Positions 38,454 to 48,795 of a stretch of DNA of 64,000 bases are shown piece after piece. The notes under the pieces are model-generated. The model was given only the letters and a program-made list of their open reading frames with translations. It was not told where the DNA came from and searched no databases. A program made the translations under genes and the position numbers. The stretch is from Candidatus Thorarchaeota archaeon (lineage in GTDB: Archaea; Asgardarchaeota; Thorarchaeia; Thorarchaeales; Thorarchaeaceae): the NCBI GenBank assembly GCA_963726195.1, contig CAVSBO010000003.1:192001-256000 (forward strand), written 5' to 3'. Every line of letters starts with the position of its first letter. Position 1 is the stretch's first letter.

Positions 38454-40442
38454 TCAGGAACTTCCTTCTTCTTGCTTTTCTTCCTCCTCTTCCTCCCAAG
38501 CGAATTCAACTACGCCTTCCCGTGACACGTTGACTGAGTGGACACCCTTCTGCTTTGTGTGCACATGCAACACTTGTGTCTCCTTGTCGTACTCATATGT
38601 CCCCTCGGTGAGCTTGACAGTGAAACCCTTGGGGTACTGCACCTCCGGCACATAGAGCGTGGTTTCGTCCCTGATGTTTGGGTCAGCGTCAAAATCAAAC
38701 ACGAACAAGCCGGTCTTCATGTCGAAGTCCATACGTTTGGGAGTGCCCGCGACAGTAATGAAGTGAGGACGACAGAAACCGCGAATTGCCCTTCCTCCAC
38801 TGTTGATATCGTCGGGCTCCGTCAGTTGATCGACACTGAACATGGAGAAGTCTTCGAGGTTCCATTGATCGCCCCACTCGTTTGTGTTGTCACAAGTGTA
38901 GTTCCACTGGGTGCTATGCAACAGACTCGCATCCAGAGCGTTGTAGTACTTCATGAGAGCTCTTTCGTGAGTGTTCCAGGCTTCGAGTGGATTTGTCTTG
39001 ATCTTCTCATAAGCACTCTTCTGGTCAAGGTCGTAGCATAAGCCAAACTCTCCTATGACAGTCGGTACGCTTTTGGAAACGCGAGCAGTACCCTCAGCAA
39101 TCCCCTTCAATTGCCTCACGAACATCTGAGCAACCTTCCCGGGCCCGATTACTGTGCTCCCTTTCGCGATGTCGTAACTCGCCTTTTCCATGAATCTCTT
39201 TGTGCCGATTGTGCCTACATCATACCAATGAGCTGCATGAACGGAGTTCGGAGGCACCTCTATCTGAAGAGGCTGTCCCATGATCGTTTTCTCTGTTGAG
39301 CCCTCGTAGAAGACCATAGCATCAGGCATCACGGTCCTAATCTCTTTGGCAACGCGATTAACGAAAGGCGACACGTAGTCTCTCACGAAGTCCACTTCGA
39401 CCTCCTTCTTCTTCATGAAGTGGTCATTGTCAAGTATTCGTGGTACGCCCCTCTCGAGATCCCAGACGTGCTCAGTTCGCCAGATATCTGGGCACCCTTT
39501 GAGCCATACAGCGACTCGGCCTGCGTTCATGATGTCCTTGCGAGTCTCCTTCACTCCGAATCGCTTGATTTCCCTATAGCCTACGGTCCGCGGGAACCCG
39601 GATGCCGTAGCCATCGCATCCAATGGGGAGAAAGCGTGGCCGATCACCGTGCTCACGTCAACGTTCGATCCGTCAACCTTGGCCCCAATCCATCCTTGGT
39701 CGGGTTCGTTCATCGTATCAAAGCCCAAGACATAGTCCATGTCTTTGGCAAAAGCAGCCACCTGTTTCAGAGCATCGAAGTAGTGCTCCTGCAGATACTC
39801 CTGCGCGTTCTGCCCTTCAACGACACACGAAGGTGCGAAGTCTTTTCCTCCAAAGAAGAGTGTCCACATGTTTGCGGCGGCAAAGCGGTACTTGTTCTGC
39901 GGCCAACTCATCGGTGGATATGCCTTGGGATCGTTGGGATTGAACCGGCGCTGCATCAAGAATGCCGCTTCAGATGCGTCGAGTTTTCCAATGTCGAGAC
40001 CTACGTTTTCAAGGGTCCAGCCCGGGGCGCCATCTCCGCCACACATTCGACTCCACACGTCTTGATGAGGGTCGATGAAGACGTACAGACCAAGGCCATC
40101 TGTCATCTTCAGAACCTCTTGCAAGTAGTCGAGATACTCCTTGTCATAATCACCGGGGCCGGAGTGTTCGATCCCCTCCCATGTGACCAGAAAGCGAAGA
40201 CAGTTGAACCCCCAGTGCTTGATTCTCTTGAGATGGCCCTCAGCCTCTGAAAGAGGAAATGGTCTACCTACATACGAGACCTCTCTATGGTCAAGGAGAT
40301 CAGTTTTGATATGTGTGGCACCATTGGGCGTGGCAGGGACCTTCGAGCTTCCACCAACGTTCACTCCTCTAAGGAGCACCTTACGACCCTTCTCATCCAC
40401 AAACGAGCCATTGGATATCTTGAGACGCGGACTCATGTTCAA
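38454..40442 (-). CDS. Glycoside hydrolase family 5, endoglycoceramidase-related (GH5_12-like)
   Basis: LRGVN.GGSSKVP, GRPFPL, TWE..EH.GPG.YD, DPHQDVWSR..GGDGAPGW, NEP acid/base, IGEFG nucleophile, WNY..DN...WGDQWN.EDFS; C-terminal beta domain; no signal peptide. Confidence 0.88.
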   Translation of the reverse strand: MNMSPRLKISNGSFVDEKGRKVLLRGVNVGGSSKVPATPNGATHIKTDLLDHREVSYVGRPFPLSEAEGHLKRIKHWGFNCLRFLVTWEGIEHSGPGDYDKEYLDYLQEVLKMTDGLGLYVFIDPHQDVWSRMCGGDGAPGWTLENVGLDIGKLDASEAAFLMQRRFNPNDPKAYPPMSWPQNKYRFAAANMWTLFFGGKDFAPSCVVEGQNAQEYLQEHYFDALKQVAAFAKDMDYVLGFDTMNEPDQGWIGAKVDGSNVDVSTVIGHAFSPLDAMATASGFPRTVGYREIKRFGVKETRKDIMNAGRVAVWLKGCPDIWRTEHVWDLERGVPRILDNDHFMKKKEVEVDFVRDYVSPFVNRVAKEIRTVMPDAMVFYEGSTEKTIMGQPLQIEVPPNSVHAAHWYDVGTIGTKRFMEKASYDIAKGSTVIGPGKVAQMFVRQLKGIAEGTARVSKSVPTVIGEFGLCYDLDQKSAYEKIKTNPLEAWNTHERALMKYYNALDASLLHSTQWNYTCDNTNEWGDQWNLEDFSMFSVDQLTEPDDINSGGRAIRGFCRPHFITVAGTPKRMDFDMKTGLFVFDFDADPNIRDETTLYVPEVQYPKGFTVKLTEGTYEYDKETQVLHVHTKQKGVHSVNVSREGVVEFAWEEEEEEKQEEGSS

Positions 40443-40457
40443 AGGAGACCTCCTTTC

Positions 40458-41600
40458 CTATGGCCAATGCATCATTTCGCAGTTTCTCTGAATCGCTTTG
40501 TCCAAACCATCAAGAATGCTTTTGGTGCCGCCCTTAGTTTTTGCGATTGTCGCAAGTTCGCTCATTGAAGCGGGAGTGCCTTTCTTTGCAGACAAGTACG
40601 ACAGCAGTGTTACAGCGATGGCTTGCTTGGCCTGTTCAGGCGTGAATTCAGGCGGCTGGTCGTTTAGTATGCACTGAGCGAAATGTGCATCCTCTTCTCT
40701 TGCGGATATGAGATAGTATTTGGGATATGCACCGTGTTCAACCTTCGGCGAATAGAACTCGCCCTTGACCTGTGCTTTCTCATGCGACGAGAATATGCTC
40801 ACTGGGTTGTCCCACGCATGATCCTCTAGGACTGTACCTCTTGTACCATGCAGCTCCATTCTGTTGGTCAATGGGTGTGACGTGACGGATGAGACATCAA
40901 CGGTAATCATTGCACCGTTCTTGTACCTGAGAAGAACAATGGCGTTATCCTCGCCTTTGTTTGGCGGCGAGTTTAGCGCCTTGCCCAGCCAGCACTGGGC
41001 TTTGTCAACCTCGCCGAGCATCCAATTGAGAGTGGCAAACTTGTGGCAGCCCTGATCAGCTACGACGCCTCCCCCGCCCTTGTCAAAGGTGAATTGCCAA
41101 TTGTCAGCATCGAGAAAGACGTGAGATGGCACAAAGGCACCTTCATAGGCCCGTCCCAAGAAGACATCACCAATCAGTCCGTCTTCAACCGCTTGCTTGA
41201 CGAGTTTATGTGCGGGGAGAAAGCGATGATTCTCTGCAATCATGAACTTCACCGATGCCTTGTTTGCTGCGGCAATCATCTGATCACACTCTTCCAAGGT
41301 TGTCGCCATTGGCTTCTCACATAGGATGTGTTTCCCGGAGTCAGCAACTCTCTTTTCCAAGGTTGCATGCAGGTAGTGAGGAACAGCCAACAGCACAGCA
41401 TCGATATCGCTCGCAAGGAACTTGTCCAGCTCAGAGTACGGAGTCAGCTTGTGGAGCCTTGAGAACCGAGCCAAGGCTTTGTCGTTAACATCATGAACGG
41501 CCACGTATTTGACAGATGCCTCAGGATTCTCTTTGGAAGACATGACATGGAAGCCGCCCGCATTTCCACAGCCTATTAGACCGAATTTGACTTGGGCCAT
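40458..41600 (-). CDS. Gfo/Idh/MocA NAD(P) oxidoreductase
   Basis: GLIGCG, P...H, GKHILCEKP, GGG...DQGCH. Confidence 0.92.
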   Translation of the reverse strand: MAQVKFGLIGCGNAGGFHVMSSKENPEASVKYVAVHDVNDKALARFSRLHKLTPYSELDKFLASDIDAVLLAVPHYLHATLEKRVADSGKHILCEKPMATTLEECDQMIAAANKASVKFMIAENHRFLPAHKLVKQAVEDGLIGDVFLGRAYEGAFVPSHVFLDADNWQFTFDKGGGGVVADQGCHKFATLNWMLGEVDKAQCWLGKALNSPPNKGEDNAIVLLRYKNGAMITVDVSSVTSHPLTNRMELHGTRGTVLEDHAWDNPVSIFSSHEKAQVKGEFYSPKVEHGAYPKYYLISAREEDAHFAQCILNDQPPEFTPEQAKQAIAVTLLSYLSAKKGTPASMSELATIAKTKGGTKSILDGLDKAIQRNCEMMHWP

Positions 41601-41655
41601 GAAGACCTTCTGATGCAGACCTCAGAATAAAGATTGTCACTCTATCTTGCCGTGC

Positions 41656-42453
41656 TCAAGGATTATGACTCGCCTTTCGCATCTGTTCAAGCAAGGCTTG
41701 CGGGTACTTCGCTTGGAAGAAGGGAAGACCAGAATAGAAGTGAGTAAACGTTGTAGCCAGTGGACCAGCCTTGTTTCTCTGCCTACTGTCATTTCCGAAG
41801 TATACCCGGCGATAAGCCTCTGCATACCTAGTACCCTTTACTTTGAAGCCCGAAAGAAGAGCAAGGGGTCGGACTAGATGCTTCATATTCTTCAACAGCC
41901 AAACCTGAGTCTGATGGCATTCAATCAGTTCCTCTGTCATGCGAAAACCCTCGGCCGGGAAAGGAAAGAAGACATTCGGAGCTATCGTGTTATAGAAGTA
42001 CAATGAAGGACTGAAGTCAATCATCTTGTGGTAGATGGCATAGAACACAGCGCGTCCAGTGTTCAGATGGTCCCTGTGATAGTACCAAGTGAACAAGCCC
42101 TCAGGAGCAACAACGACGTCGGGCCTATGCTGATTCATGTAGTCCGCGATTTTGCCGACAAACTCGCGATCAAATGGGACGAGCCCATCCACGTAACCCA
42201 AGAAATCAATGTGGTCGGGCGAGATTTTGTGAATTGCCGCAGCTGCGTATAGTTCCTTCGCCCTAACCCCGGCCAGGAAATCGCCCTTGAATCTGTCGTA
42301 CTTGAAGCCCGGTAGACCGAACTCTCCTTTGGTCACCGAGGCTATTCGGATGTCATGCTTCTGCGCGCTGACAACAGCAAGAGAGTGCAGGAGCTGAGAG
42401 CAATTCAGCTCTAGGTCATCGGGATGTGGCTCAAAGAATATGTATCGTTTCAT
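41656..42453 (-). CDS. PIG-L/LmbE family de-N-acetylase
   Basis: PHPDD, TKGEFG, R..EL..A, H.DH, H.TQ. Confidence 0.88.
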   Translation of the reverse strand: MKRYIFFEPHPDDLELNCSQLLHSLAVVSAQKHDIRIASVTKGEFGLPGFKYDRFKGDFLAGVRAKELYAAAAIHKISPDHIDFLGYVDGLVPFDREFVGKIADYMNQHRPDVVVAPEGLFTWYYHRDHLNTGRAVFYAIYHKMIDFSPSLYFYNTIAPNVFFPFPAEGFRMTEELIECHQTQVWLLKNMKHLVRPLALLSGFKVKGTRYAEAYRRVYFGNDSRQRNKAGPLATTFTHFYSGLPFFQAKYPQALLEQMRKASHNP

Positions 42454-42523
42454 TTTCCTACAACCAAGGCATCTTTAAATTCAGCCATATAGGTTCTTTC
42501 CAAAATCTCGAAGGCACTCATCC

Positions 42524-43441
42524 ATGTCTTATATGCTCGGAGTCACACTTGCTGTAGCATCTGGAATCTCAAACAACGTTGGCACTCTAGTACAGAAGAA
42601 GGTCGTTAACGAAGTTCCTCCAGAAGTGAGGGATGAGAGATTCATGAGAACCCTCGTGAGGAATCCGATGTGGATGTTTGGCATGATTCTTCAACTCGGG
42701 GTAGGTACAGTGTTCTTCATGCTTGCAACGAACTATATTGGTCCTGCACTAGTTCCCGGCCTGATGGCCGCAGGACTGATCGTTCTTGCGGTCGGGTCCA
42801 TCAAGCTCATACATGAATCGATCAGAGCCCCGGAAGCGGTTGGCATCACGCTCATGATTGTGGCTATCGTTCTCATTGGCGCCAGTTCTCTTGTGGTCGA
42901 TGCTTCTACCTTCAACTTTCTAGCACCTGATTTCTTGCTCCGAATATCGATCTTCACAGCGATCCTATTCCTAATCGTAGTCGTGCTCATTGTAACCGAG
43001 CGTCATTCAGTCAAACTAAAGGCTATCTCACTGGCGTTGATATCGGGGGTGATGTTCGCTCTGTCGAACTACTGGGTTAGTCCGCTCATGGGAACTATTG
43101 GGCACGTGCTGAGTGGAACCTTCGTGTTACCAGAGCTTGTGCTCTTCTCATTCGCAGCGGTGCTTCTCGTGCTAAACAATGTGGTTGGGATTAGTACTCT
43201 TCAGACTGCCTTCAAGTCCGGTCAGGCCAATATCCTAGTGCCGATTCAGCAGGTACCCATTCAAGTGACCCCGGCCCTTGTCTACTTCTTCGTGTTTGCC
43301 AAAGCTCCGCCCAATCAATTCTCATTCATGCTTTTGCTCATGGGCATTGCTGCGGTTGTCATGAGTTCGTTCCTGCTAGGCAGGCGGCAGGTCATGGTCG
43401 AGGCAACAAGACAAGAGTCGCATAGTAAACCTGAAAGCTGA
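42524..43441 (+). CDS. DMT superfamily transporter (NIPA-like)
   Basis: About 9 TMs; G..VQKK, L.RNP.W..G. Confidence 0.75.
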   Translation: MSYMLGVTLAVASGISNNVGTLVQKKVVNEVPPEVRDERFMRTLVRNPMWMFGMILQLGVGTVFFMLATNYIGPALVPGLMAAGLIVLAVGSIKLIHESIRAPEAVGITLMIVAIVLIGASSLVVDASTFNFLAPDFLLRISIFTAILFLIVVVLIVTERHSVKLKAISLALISGVMFALSNYWVSPLMGTIGHVLSGTFVLPELVLFSFAAVLLVLNNVVGISTLQTAFKSGQANILVPIQQVPIQVTPALVYFFVFAKAPPNQFSFMLLLMGIAAVVMSSFLLGRRQVMVEATRQESHSKPES

Positions 43442-43536
43442 GAGCCAAACGCCGGAGGCCCTATCAGCTCAGGTTAAGTCTAAATACCCGCCTGCGGGAT
43501 TCGAAGACCCAACGCTGACAAGGAAGGTTCCCTCAA

Positions 43537-43890
43537 TTGGCTACGAAAAAGGATGTAAAAGATGCACTACAGAAGTGGATTCAACTACTAGAGAAGAACC
43601 CCGATGTGTCGGGGCAGTTTGCTGGTTACAAGAAGACCTTCTTGATGAACTTCACGGACCTCAAGTACTCTGTCCAGATGGTGTTTGATGGGTCCGGCAA
43701 AGCGAAGCTGGTAGACGGAACGGTCGCAAAGCCAGATATGAGCTTGGATGTGGATTCGACTCTTTTTCTGAAAATATCCAATGGCGAACTCGATCCGATG
43801 GAAGCATTCATGAGCGGCCAGCTGAAACCCAAGGGCAACATGGCTGACCTTGAGAAGATGGAAGTCTTCATGGACCTGTTCGAGCAGTAG
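43537..43890 (+). CDS. SCP2 sterol/lipid carrier domain protein
   Basis: PD..L......F..I..GELDPMEAFMSGQLK.KGNM. Confidence 0.92.
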   Translation: MATKKDVKDALQKWIQLLEKNPDVSGQFAGYKKTFLMNFTDLKYSVQMVFDGSGKAKLVDGTVAKPDMSLDVDSTLFLKISNGELDPMEAFMSGQLKPKGNMADLEKMEVFMDLFEQ

Positions 43891-43917
43891 AGGTTCGCCG
43901 AACAAGGCCCCTTCATA

Positions 43918-45060
43918 ATGGAGGTGCCCTTCATGGAGCCAATCGGGTACAACAGAAAGAGAGCAAGTGAGATTCTCGACCGTTCAGGCATCGACGTACT
44001 GATTGCCTCGACGGACGCAAACGTATTCTATACAACGGGACTGCCAGTTGTCCACGTAGCGGACAACCCCATCCTTTGGGTACTGAAGAACCAATTCCCG
44101 TACATCTCGCTAGTCCGAAGGGATGGCGAGCTAAGTCTGTTCTATTGGATGGCCTATAGCAGCGCAGACAAGTTCTCATGGGTCAAGGATGCCACCGGGA
44201 TTGTCACGCCGCAGCAAGCCCTACAAGGAGTGGCAGACAAGATAAATGAGTGGCAGGGAAGCAAGAAGAAGACAATCGGCCTCGAAAGCCTGATGCCGAG
44301 GTATCAGTCAGAGTTCCTCAGGTCGAGGTTCCCCGAAGCAAACTTCGTTGAAGCAGATGATATCTTCCTTCAGATGAGGATTGTCAAATCTGACGAGGAA
44401 CTGCGTCGCATAAAGCGGTCGATGGAAGTTGCTGAGTCTGCAATAAGCGCCGTAATTGAAGCAGCTCACGAGAAAGTAACTGACAGGGAATTGCTGGAGG
44501 TAGCGCGTCAGAAAATTGTCGAATCGGGAGCACCCGGCTGGGATCACCTAACCATGGGAATTGGATCCTCGGACCCTGAGGCTCCAGGAGTCGGAACAAC
44601 GATGATGAAAGGCGACCTGAGTCGAATAGACGTGGGTGCTGTTTGGCAAGGATACGTTTCGGACCTAAGCCGCGAATTCGTAGTCGGAACCATTCCCGAA
44701 GGCGCTCAGGAAACAATGGACAGGCTCATCAAGGTGCAAGATTTCTGCGTTGAAAACATCAAGCCCGGAGTCAAGCCGGGCGATGTATTCAAGGCAGCAA
44801 TCGAATACCACAAGACTCTGAAGAAAGTATTACGACCAATTATCACATGCCATAGCTTGGGGATTGAGTGCGAAGAAATGCAGATGTTCTCTCCTATGAG
44901 AAGTGCGACAATTCCATTCCAAGAGAATATGACTGTCGATATTGAAGTCTGGCAACCTTTCCAGCAGTACCGTTTGGTTGGTATCGAGGACGCCTATCGA
45001 ATCACTTCGTCCGGGTGCGAGAGACTCTCAACTCTCGATAGAGAAATCGCAGTGAGATGA
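43918..45060 (+). CDS. M24 family (Xaa-Pro/creatinase-like) metallo-amidohydrolase
   Basis: Creatinase_N-like N-domain (NVFYTTG), RIVKSDEEL, D..G....GY.SD.SR, HSLG, IE, GIED. Confidence 0.85.
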   Translation: MEVPFMEPIGYNRKRASEILDRSGIDVLIASTDANVFYTTGLPVVHVADNPILWVLKNQFPYISLVRRDGELSLFYWMAYSSADKFSWVKDATGIVTPQQALQGVADKINEWQGSKKKTIGLESLMPRYQSEFLRSRFPEANFVEADDIFLQMRIVKSDEELRRIKRSMEVAESAISAVIEAAHEKVTDRELLEVARQKIVESGAPGWDHLTMGIGSSDPEAPGVGTTMMKGDLSRIDVGAVWQGYVSDLSREFVVGTIPEGAQETMDRLIKVQDFCVENIKPGVKPGDVFKAAIEYHKTLKKVLRPIITCHSLGIECEEMQMFSPMRSATIPFQENMTVDIEVWQPFQQYRLVGIEDAYRITSSGCERLSTLDREIAVR

Positions 45061-45069
45061 GAACAGAAG

Positions 45070-45846
45070 ATGAGAGTGAAGGACAAAGTAGTTGTGTTGA
45101 CAGGAGCTGCCTCGGGCATTGGCAGAGCTGCTGCGGTTCTTCTTGCGAAAGAGGGAGCTATTCAGGTTCTCTCAGATGTCAATGAGCAGGGACTGAAAGA
45201 AACCTTAGCCTCGATTCGTGAGGGGAAGGAGCGAACGACCACCCAGAAGTGTGATGTGACCAAGCCCGACGAAGTCAAGCGGATGGTCGATGGCGTCATA
45301 GCCAAGTACAAGCGAATTGACGTTTTGATAGCGAATGCGGGAGTCGTGAGGGTTGGGCCAATCGAAGACTTCTCGGATCAGGACTACGACCTCCTCATCA
45401 ATGTCAACCTAAGGGGTACGTTCTACACCTGCAAGTTTGCCGTTCCCTACTTGAAGAAGCAGAAGCATGGTTCAATCATCACACTTGCATCTGTGGCAGC
45501 CCACATCGGTCAAGTGAACCACGCGAATTACTGTTCGACAAAGGCGGGCATTCTTGGTTTCACACGCGCCCTTGCACTGGATCTCGCTCCCTACGGCGTT
45601 CGAGTGAACTCGGTCTCACCTGGCGCAACTGACACGCCCATGCTTGTAAGTGATGTGACGAAGCAGGCCCGTGAACGCGGCGTGGATTACGCCATTGTGA
45701 AAAAGGAGTTCGAGTCCGAAGGCGTCATGGGTCGTTGGGCTACGGCCGAAGAGGTCGCGTACGGCATCGTGTTTTTGGCCAGCGATGAGTCGTCGTACAT
45801 GACGGGGTCGGACCTAAGGATGGATGGGGGTTGGACAGCTAGGTAG
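45070..45846 (+). CDS. Short-chain dehydrogenase/reductase
   Basis: TGAASGIG, NAG, YCSTK, RVNSVSPG, DGG. Confidence 0.93.
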   Translation: MRVKDKVVVLTGAASGIGRAAAVLLAKEGAIQVLSDVNEQGLKETLASIREGKERTTTQKCDVTKPDEVKRMVDGVIAKYKRIDVLIANAGVVRVGPIEDFSDQDYDLLINVNLRGTFYTCKFAVPYLKKQKHGSIITLASVAAHIGQVNHANYCSTKAGILGFTRALALDLAPYGVRVNSVSPGATDTPMLVSDVTKQARERGVDYAIVKKEFESEGVMGRWATAEEVAYGIVFLASDESSYMTGSDLRMDGGWTAR

Positions 45847-45934
45847 TAGACGAGATTCTACGACTTTTCCTTGCCATCGCCCCCAAACCGTGCGTGCGTA
45901 GCCTTTATCTGGGACACTCCGTTGTCGACTAGCT

Positions 45935-47983
45935 ATGTCGAGGCCGCCAGTGGCAAAGAGGGAGCCGCGTCAGCTCAAGATACATGGAAAGACACTCGTT
46001 GACAATTACTTCTGGCTAAGGAACAAGGATTCTGAAGATGTTGTGAGCTACCTCACAGCCGAGAATGCCTATACCGAGGAAATGATGGCTGATACCAAGA
46101 GCCTTCAGGAGCAGCTCTTCCAAGAGATGAAAGGCAGGATCAAGGAAACTGATCAGAGCGCTCCGATGAAACACGGAGACTACTTCTACTATTATCGGAC
46201 CGAAGAGGGCAAGGACTACCGCATTCACTGTCGAAAGCATACGGCAATGAGCGCTCCCGAGGAAATCATACTCGACGAAAACGACGTGGCAAAGGGAAAG
46301 AAGTACATGAGTATAGAGAGCCTGAAGATTAGTCCTGACCACAAGAGACTCGCATACTCGGTTGATTTTACAGGAGGAACCACGTATGATATCCGAATCG
46401 TGGACCTTGATTCAAGAAGAATCATTGACACCGTCGAACAAGTTGGCGGACAGATTGAATGGGATTGGGACAGCAATGCTATCTTCTACTCAAAGCTCGA
46501 TAACATCCACCGTGACTACACTGTGTCGGTTCACATAATAGGCACCGGAAGCTCGCAAGATGAAGCTTTTACGAAGAACCAGACACTTCGTTGTTTGTTG
46601 TTCTCTCTAAGTCCAGTGACAAGAAGTACCTCTTTGCTAAGGTTGGTCAGCTACGGCTCAGAAACTTTTGACGTTCGTTACCTAGAGCTGAGCGGCCTGA
46701 CCGCAAACTTGGGACATTCTTGGCACGTAGAGAGGGTGTCGAAACCGACATTCAGCACCATCACGGATACTTCTACTTCTCCACGAATCTTGAGGATCGG
46801 ATGACGTTCAAATTGATGAGAACACCGGTCTTCGATGTTAGTCGCGCCAGCTGGGAGAGCGTCATCGACCAAAGCATCGAGGCCCGCCAACCTTGGCTCT
46901 TAGCCTTCGAAAACTACTTGGTCACAGGCAAGCGCAAGGACGGATACGCGTGCTTCATGATCTATGATTTCTCAACAGGGGAGACTCATGACATTGATCT
47001 GCCCGAGAGCATTTACGCACTCGAAGTACCCGATGATAACCACGAGTTCGAGTCGGACTCATTTCGATTCGTCTTTCAGCTCCACAGTCACACCTACAAC
47101 AGTATACGACTACAACATGGCGACCCGGAGGCTCGAAGTAAAGAAGATTGATGAAATAAGGAATCACAAACCAGTGGATTTCGTTACAGAACGTGGGTAT
47201 GCTACAGCTAAGGACGGAACAAAGGTACCAATCTCGATTGCCTACAGAAAAGGGACCAAGATGAATAGGAGAAGTCCCTTGGTCCTGTATGGATATGGTT
47301 CCTATGGATACTCATCTGACCCCGGCTTTGACTCAATGAGGTTGAGCCTTATTCAGCGGGGTTTCATCTATGCCACTGCTCATGTGCGTGGCGGCGGAGA
47401 GTATGGCAGGCTCTGGTATCATCAGGGCAAGCTCTCGAACAAAATGAACACGTTTACAGACTTTGTTGCTTGTGCAGAGTACTTGGTCCATGAGGGATTC
47501 ACGTCGAGAGATAGACTGTGCATTCTTGGAGGCAGTGCAGGCGGGCTGCTTATTGGTGCTGTCTTGAACCTTCGACCTAATCTTTTTGCATGCGCAGTAC
47601 CGCGCGTTCCTTTTGTCGATGTGATAAACACCATGCTCGACGACACGATTCCACTGACGACATTCGAGTACAAAGAGTGGGGTGACGCTAGAATCAAGAA
47701 CCAGTTTGACTGGATGATTCGCTACTCGCCCTACGACAATGTGAACGCAAGAAAGTACCCGCCGATGCTAATCACAGCGGGGTACAACGATCCGAATGTT
47801 GCTTACTGGGAGCCTGCCAAGTGGACAGCAAAACTGCGAAGCCTCAACACTGACGGAAATCTCCTGCTCCTATGGACGCGGATGGAGAGCGGCCATGCCG
47901 GCCTCAGCGGCCGATATGAAAAGATGAAGGAGGGGGCATTCATCTATGCATTCATCTTGAAGACTCTGCACATAGCGGCTTGA
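45935..47983 (+). CDS. ptrB: Oligopeptidase B (S9A); about 3 indels
   Basis: PPVAKR, DNYFWLR, ILDEN, YGYGSYG, HVRGGGE, GGSAGG, VPFVDV, D..V.YWEPAKW, GH; split over three ORFs. Confidence 0.9.
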
Positions 47984-48022
47984 ACCTCAGAGGATACTCC
48001 TTGTTACAGCTATGTGATTCTG

Positions 48023-48772
48023 CTAGACCGTCATTCCGCCGTCAACTGAAAGAATGGCTCCTGTGCAAAACCCGTCGAGAATCAAGAACAGGATTCCTTC
48101 GGCTATCTCATCAGGTTTTCCAAAACGCCCTAGAGGCTGTCGCGCTATGAATTGCTTTCGTGCTGCATCTGGGTCTGGGAGTTGGGCAATTCTCTGCTGC
48201 AGTGATGGCGTATCGGTCGTCCCGGGACATATGCAATTCACTCGAATGCGGTCCTCGACGTAGTCCGCCGCCATTGCGCGAGTGAGCGAGACCACTGCTC
48301 CCTTTGATGCAGAGTATGCCGCTCGGTCCTTCACGCCCTTTATTGCAACAGACGAGCCAGTGTTGATTATCACGCCCTGAGTTTTCTTCAGATAAGGAAT
48401 CGCGAACTTGGAAACAAGATAGGTACCCCGCACGTTCACTGCCATTGTCCTGTCCCAGTCCGAATCGGTAGCGTTGTCCACGCGTCCCGGGATCACGATA
48501 CCCGCAATGTTGCAAAGGATATCCAGCTGCTTGTAAGCGTCTACAGCCTTGCTTACTATCCTCTTTGCATCTTCGGCAACTGCGACGTCCCCCTGCTCGA
48601 AAACCGCATCTCCGCCTGCTTGTTTGATCTCCTTAGCAACTGTGGATCCCTGTTCGGAGGTGCCATTGCACACGACTCTTGCGCCTTCCTTGGCGAGCAG
48701 CTTTGCCGTCGCTTCACCGATACCCGCACTCGAGCCAGTGACAATCGCAACCTTTCCTTTCAAACGCATCAT
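48023..48772 (-). CDS. SDR, BDH2 / 2-keto-3-deoxy-sugar-acid 4-dehydrogenase-like
   Basis: TGSSAGIG, YSASK, CPGTTDTPSLQQRI...DP..AR..FIARQPLGR subfamily signature. Confidence 0.85.
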   Translation of the reverse strand: MMRLKGKVAIVTGSSAGIGEATAKLLAKEGARVVCNGTSEQGSTVAKEIKQAGGDAVFEQGDVAVAEDAKRIVSKAVDAYKQLDILCNIAGIVIPGRVDNATDSDWDRTMAVNVRGTYLVSKFAIPYLKKTQGVIINTGSSVAIKGVKDRAAYSASKGAVVSLTRAMAADYVEDRIRVNCICPGTTDTPSLQQRIAQLPDPDAARKQFIARQPLGRFGKPDEIAEGILFLILDGFCTGAILSVDGGMTV

Positions 48773-48795
48773 TACTCCTCCTCGATATCGTGATT

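Noticed and set aside
39420-40250. Long antisense ORFs (also 622-1215, 14532-15020, 58891-59532)
   Set aside because: Lie opposite well-supported genes and have no motifs; codon-bias shadows
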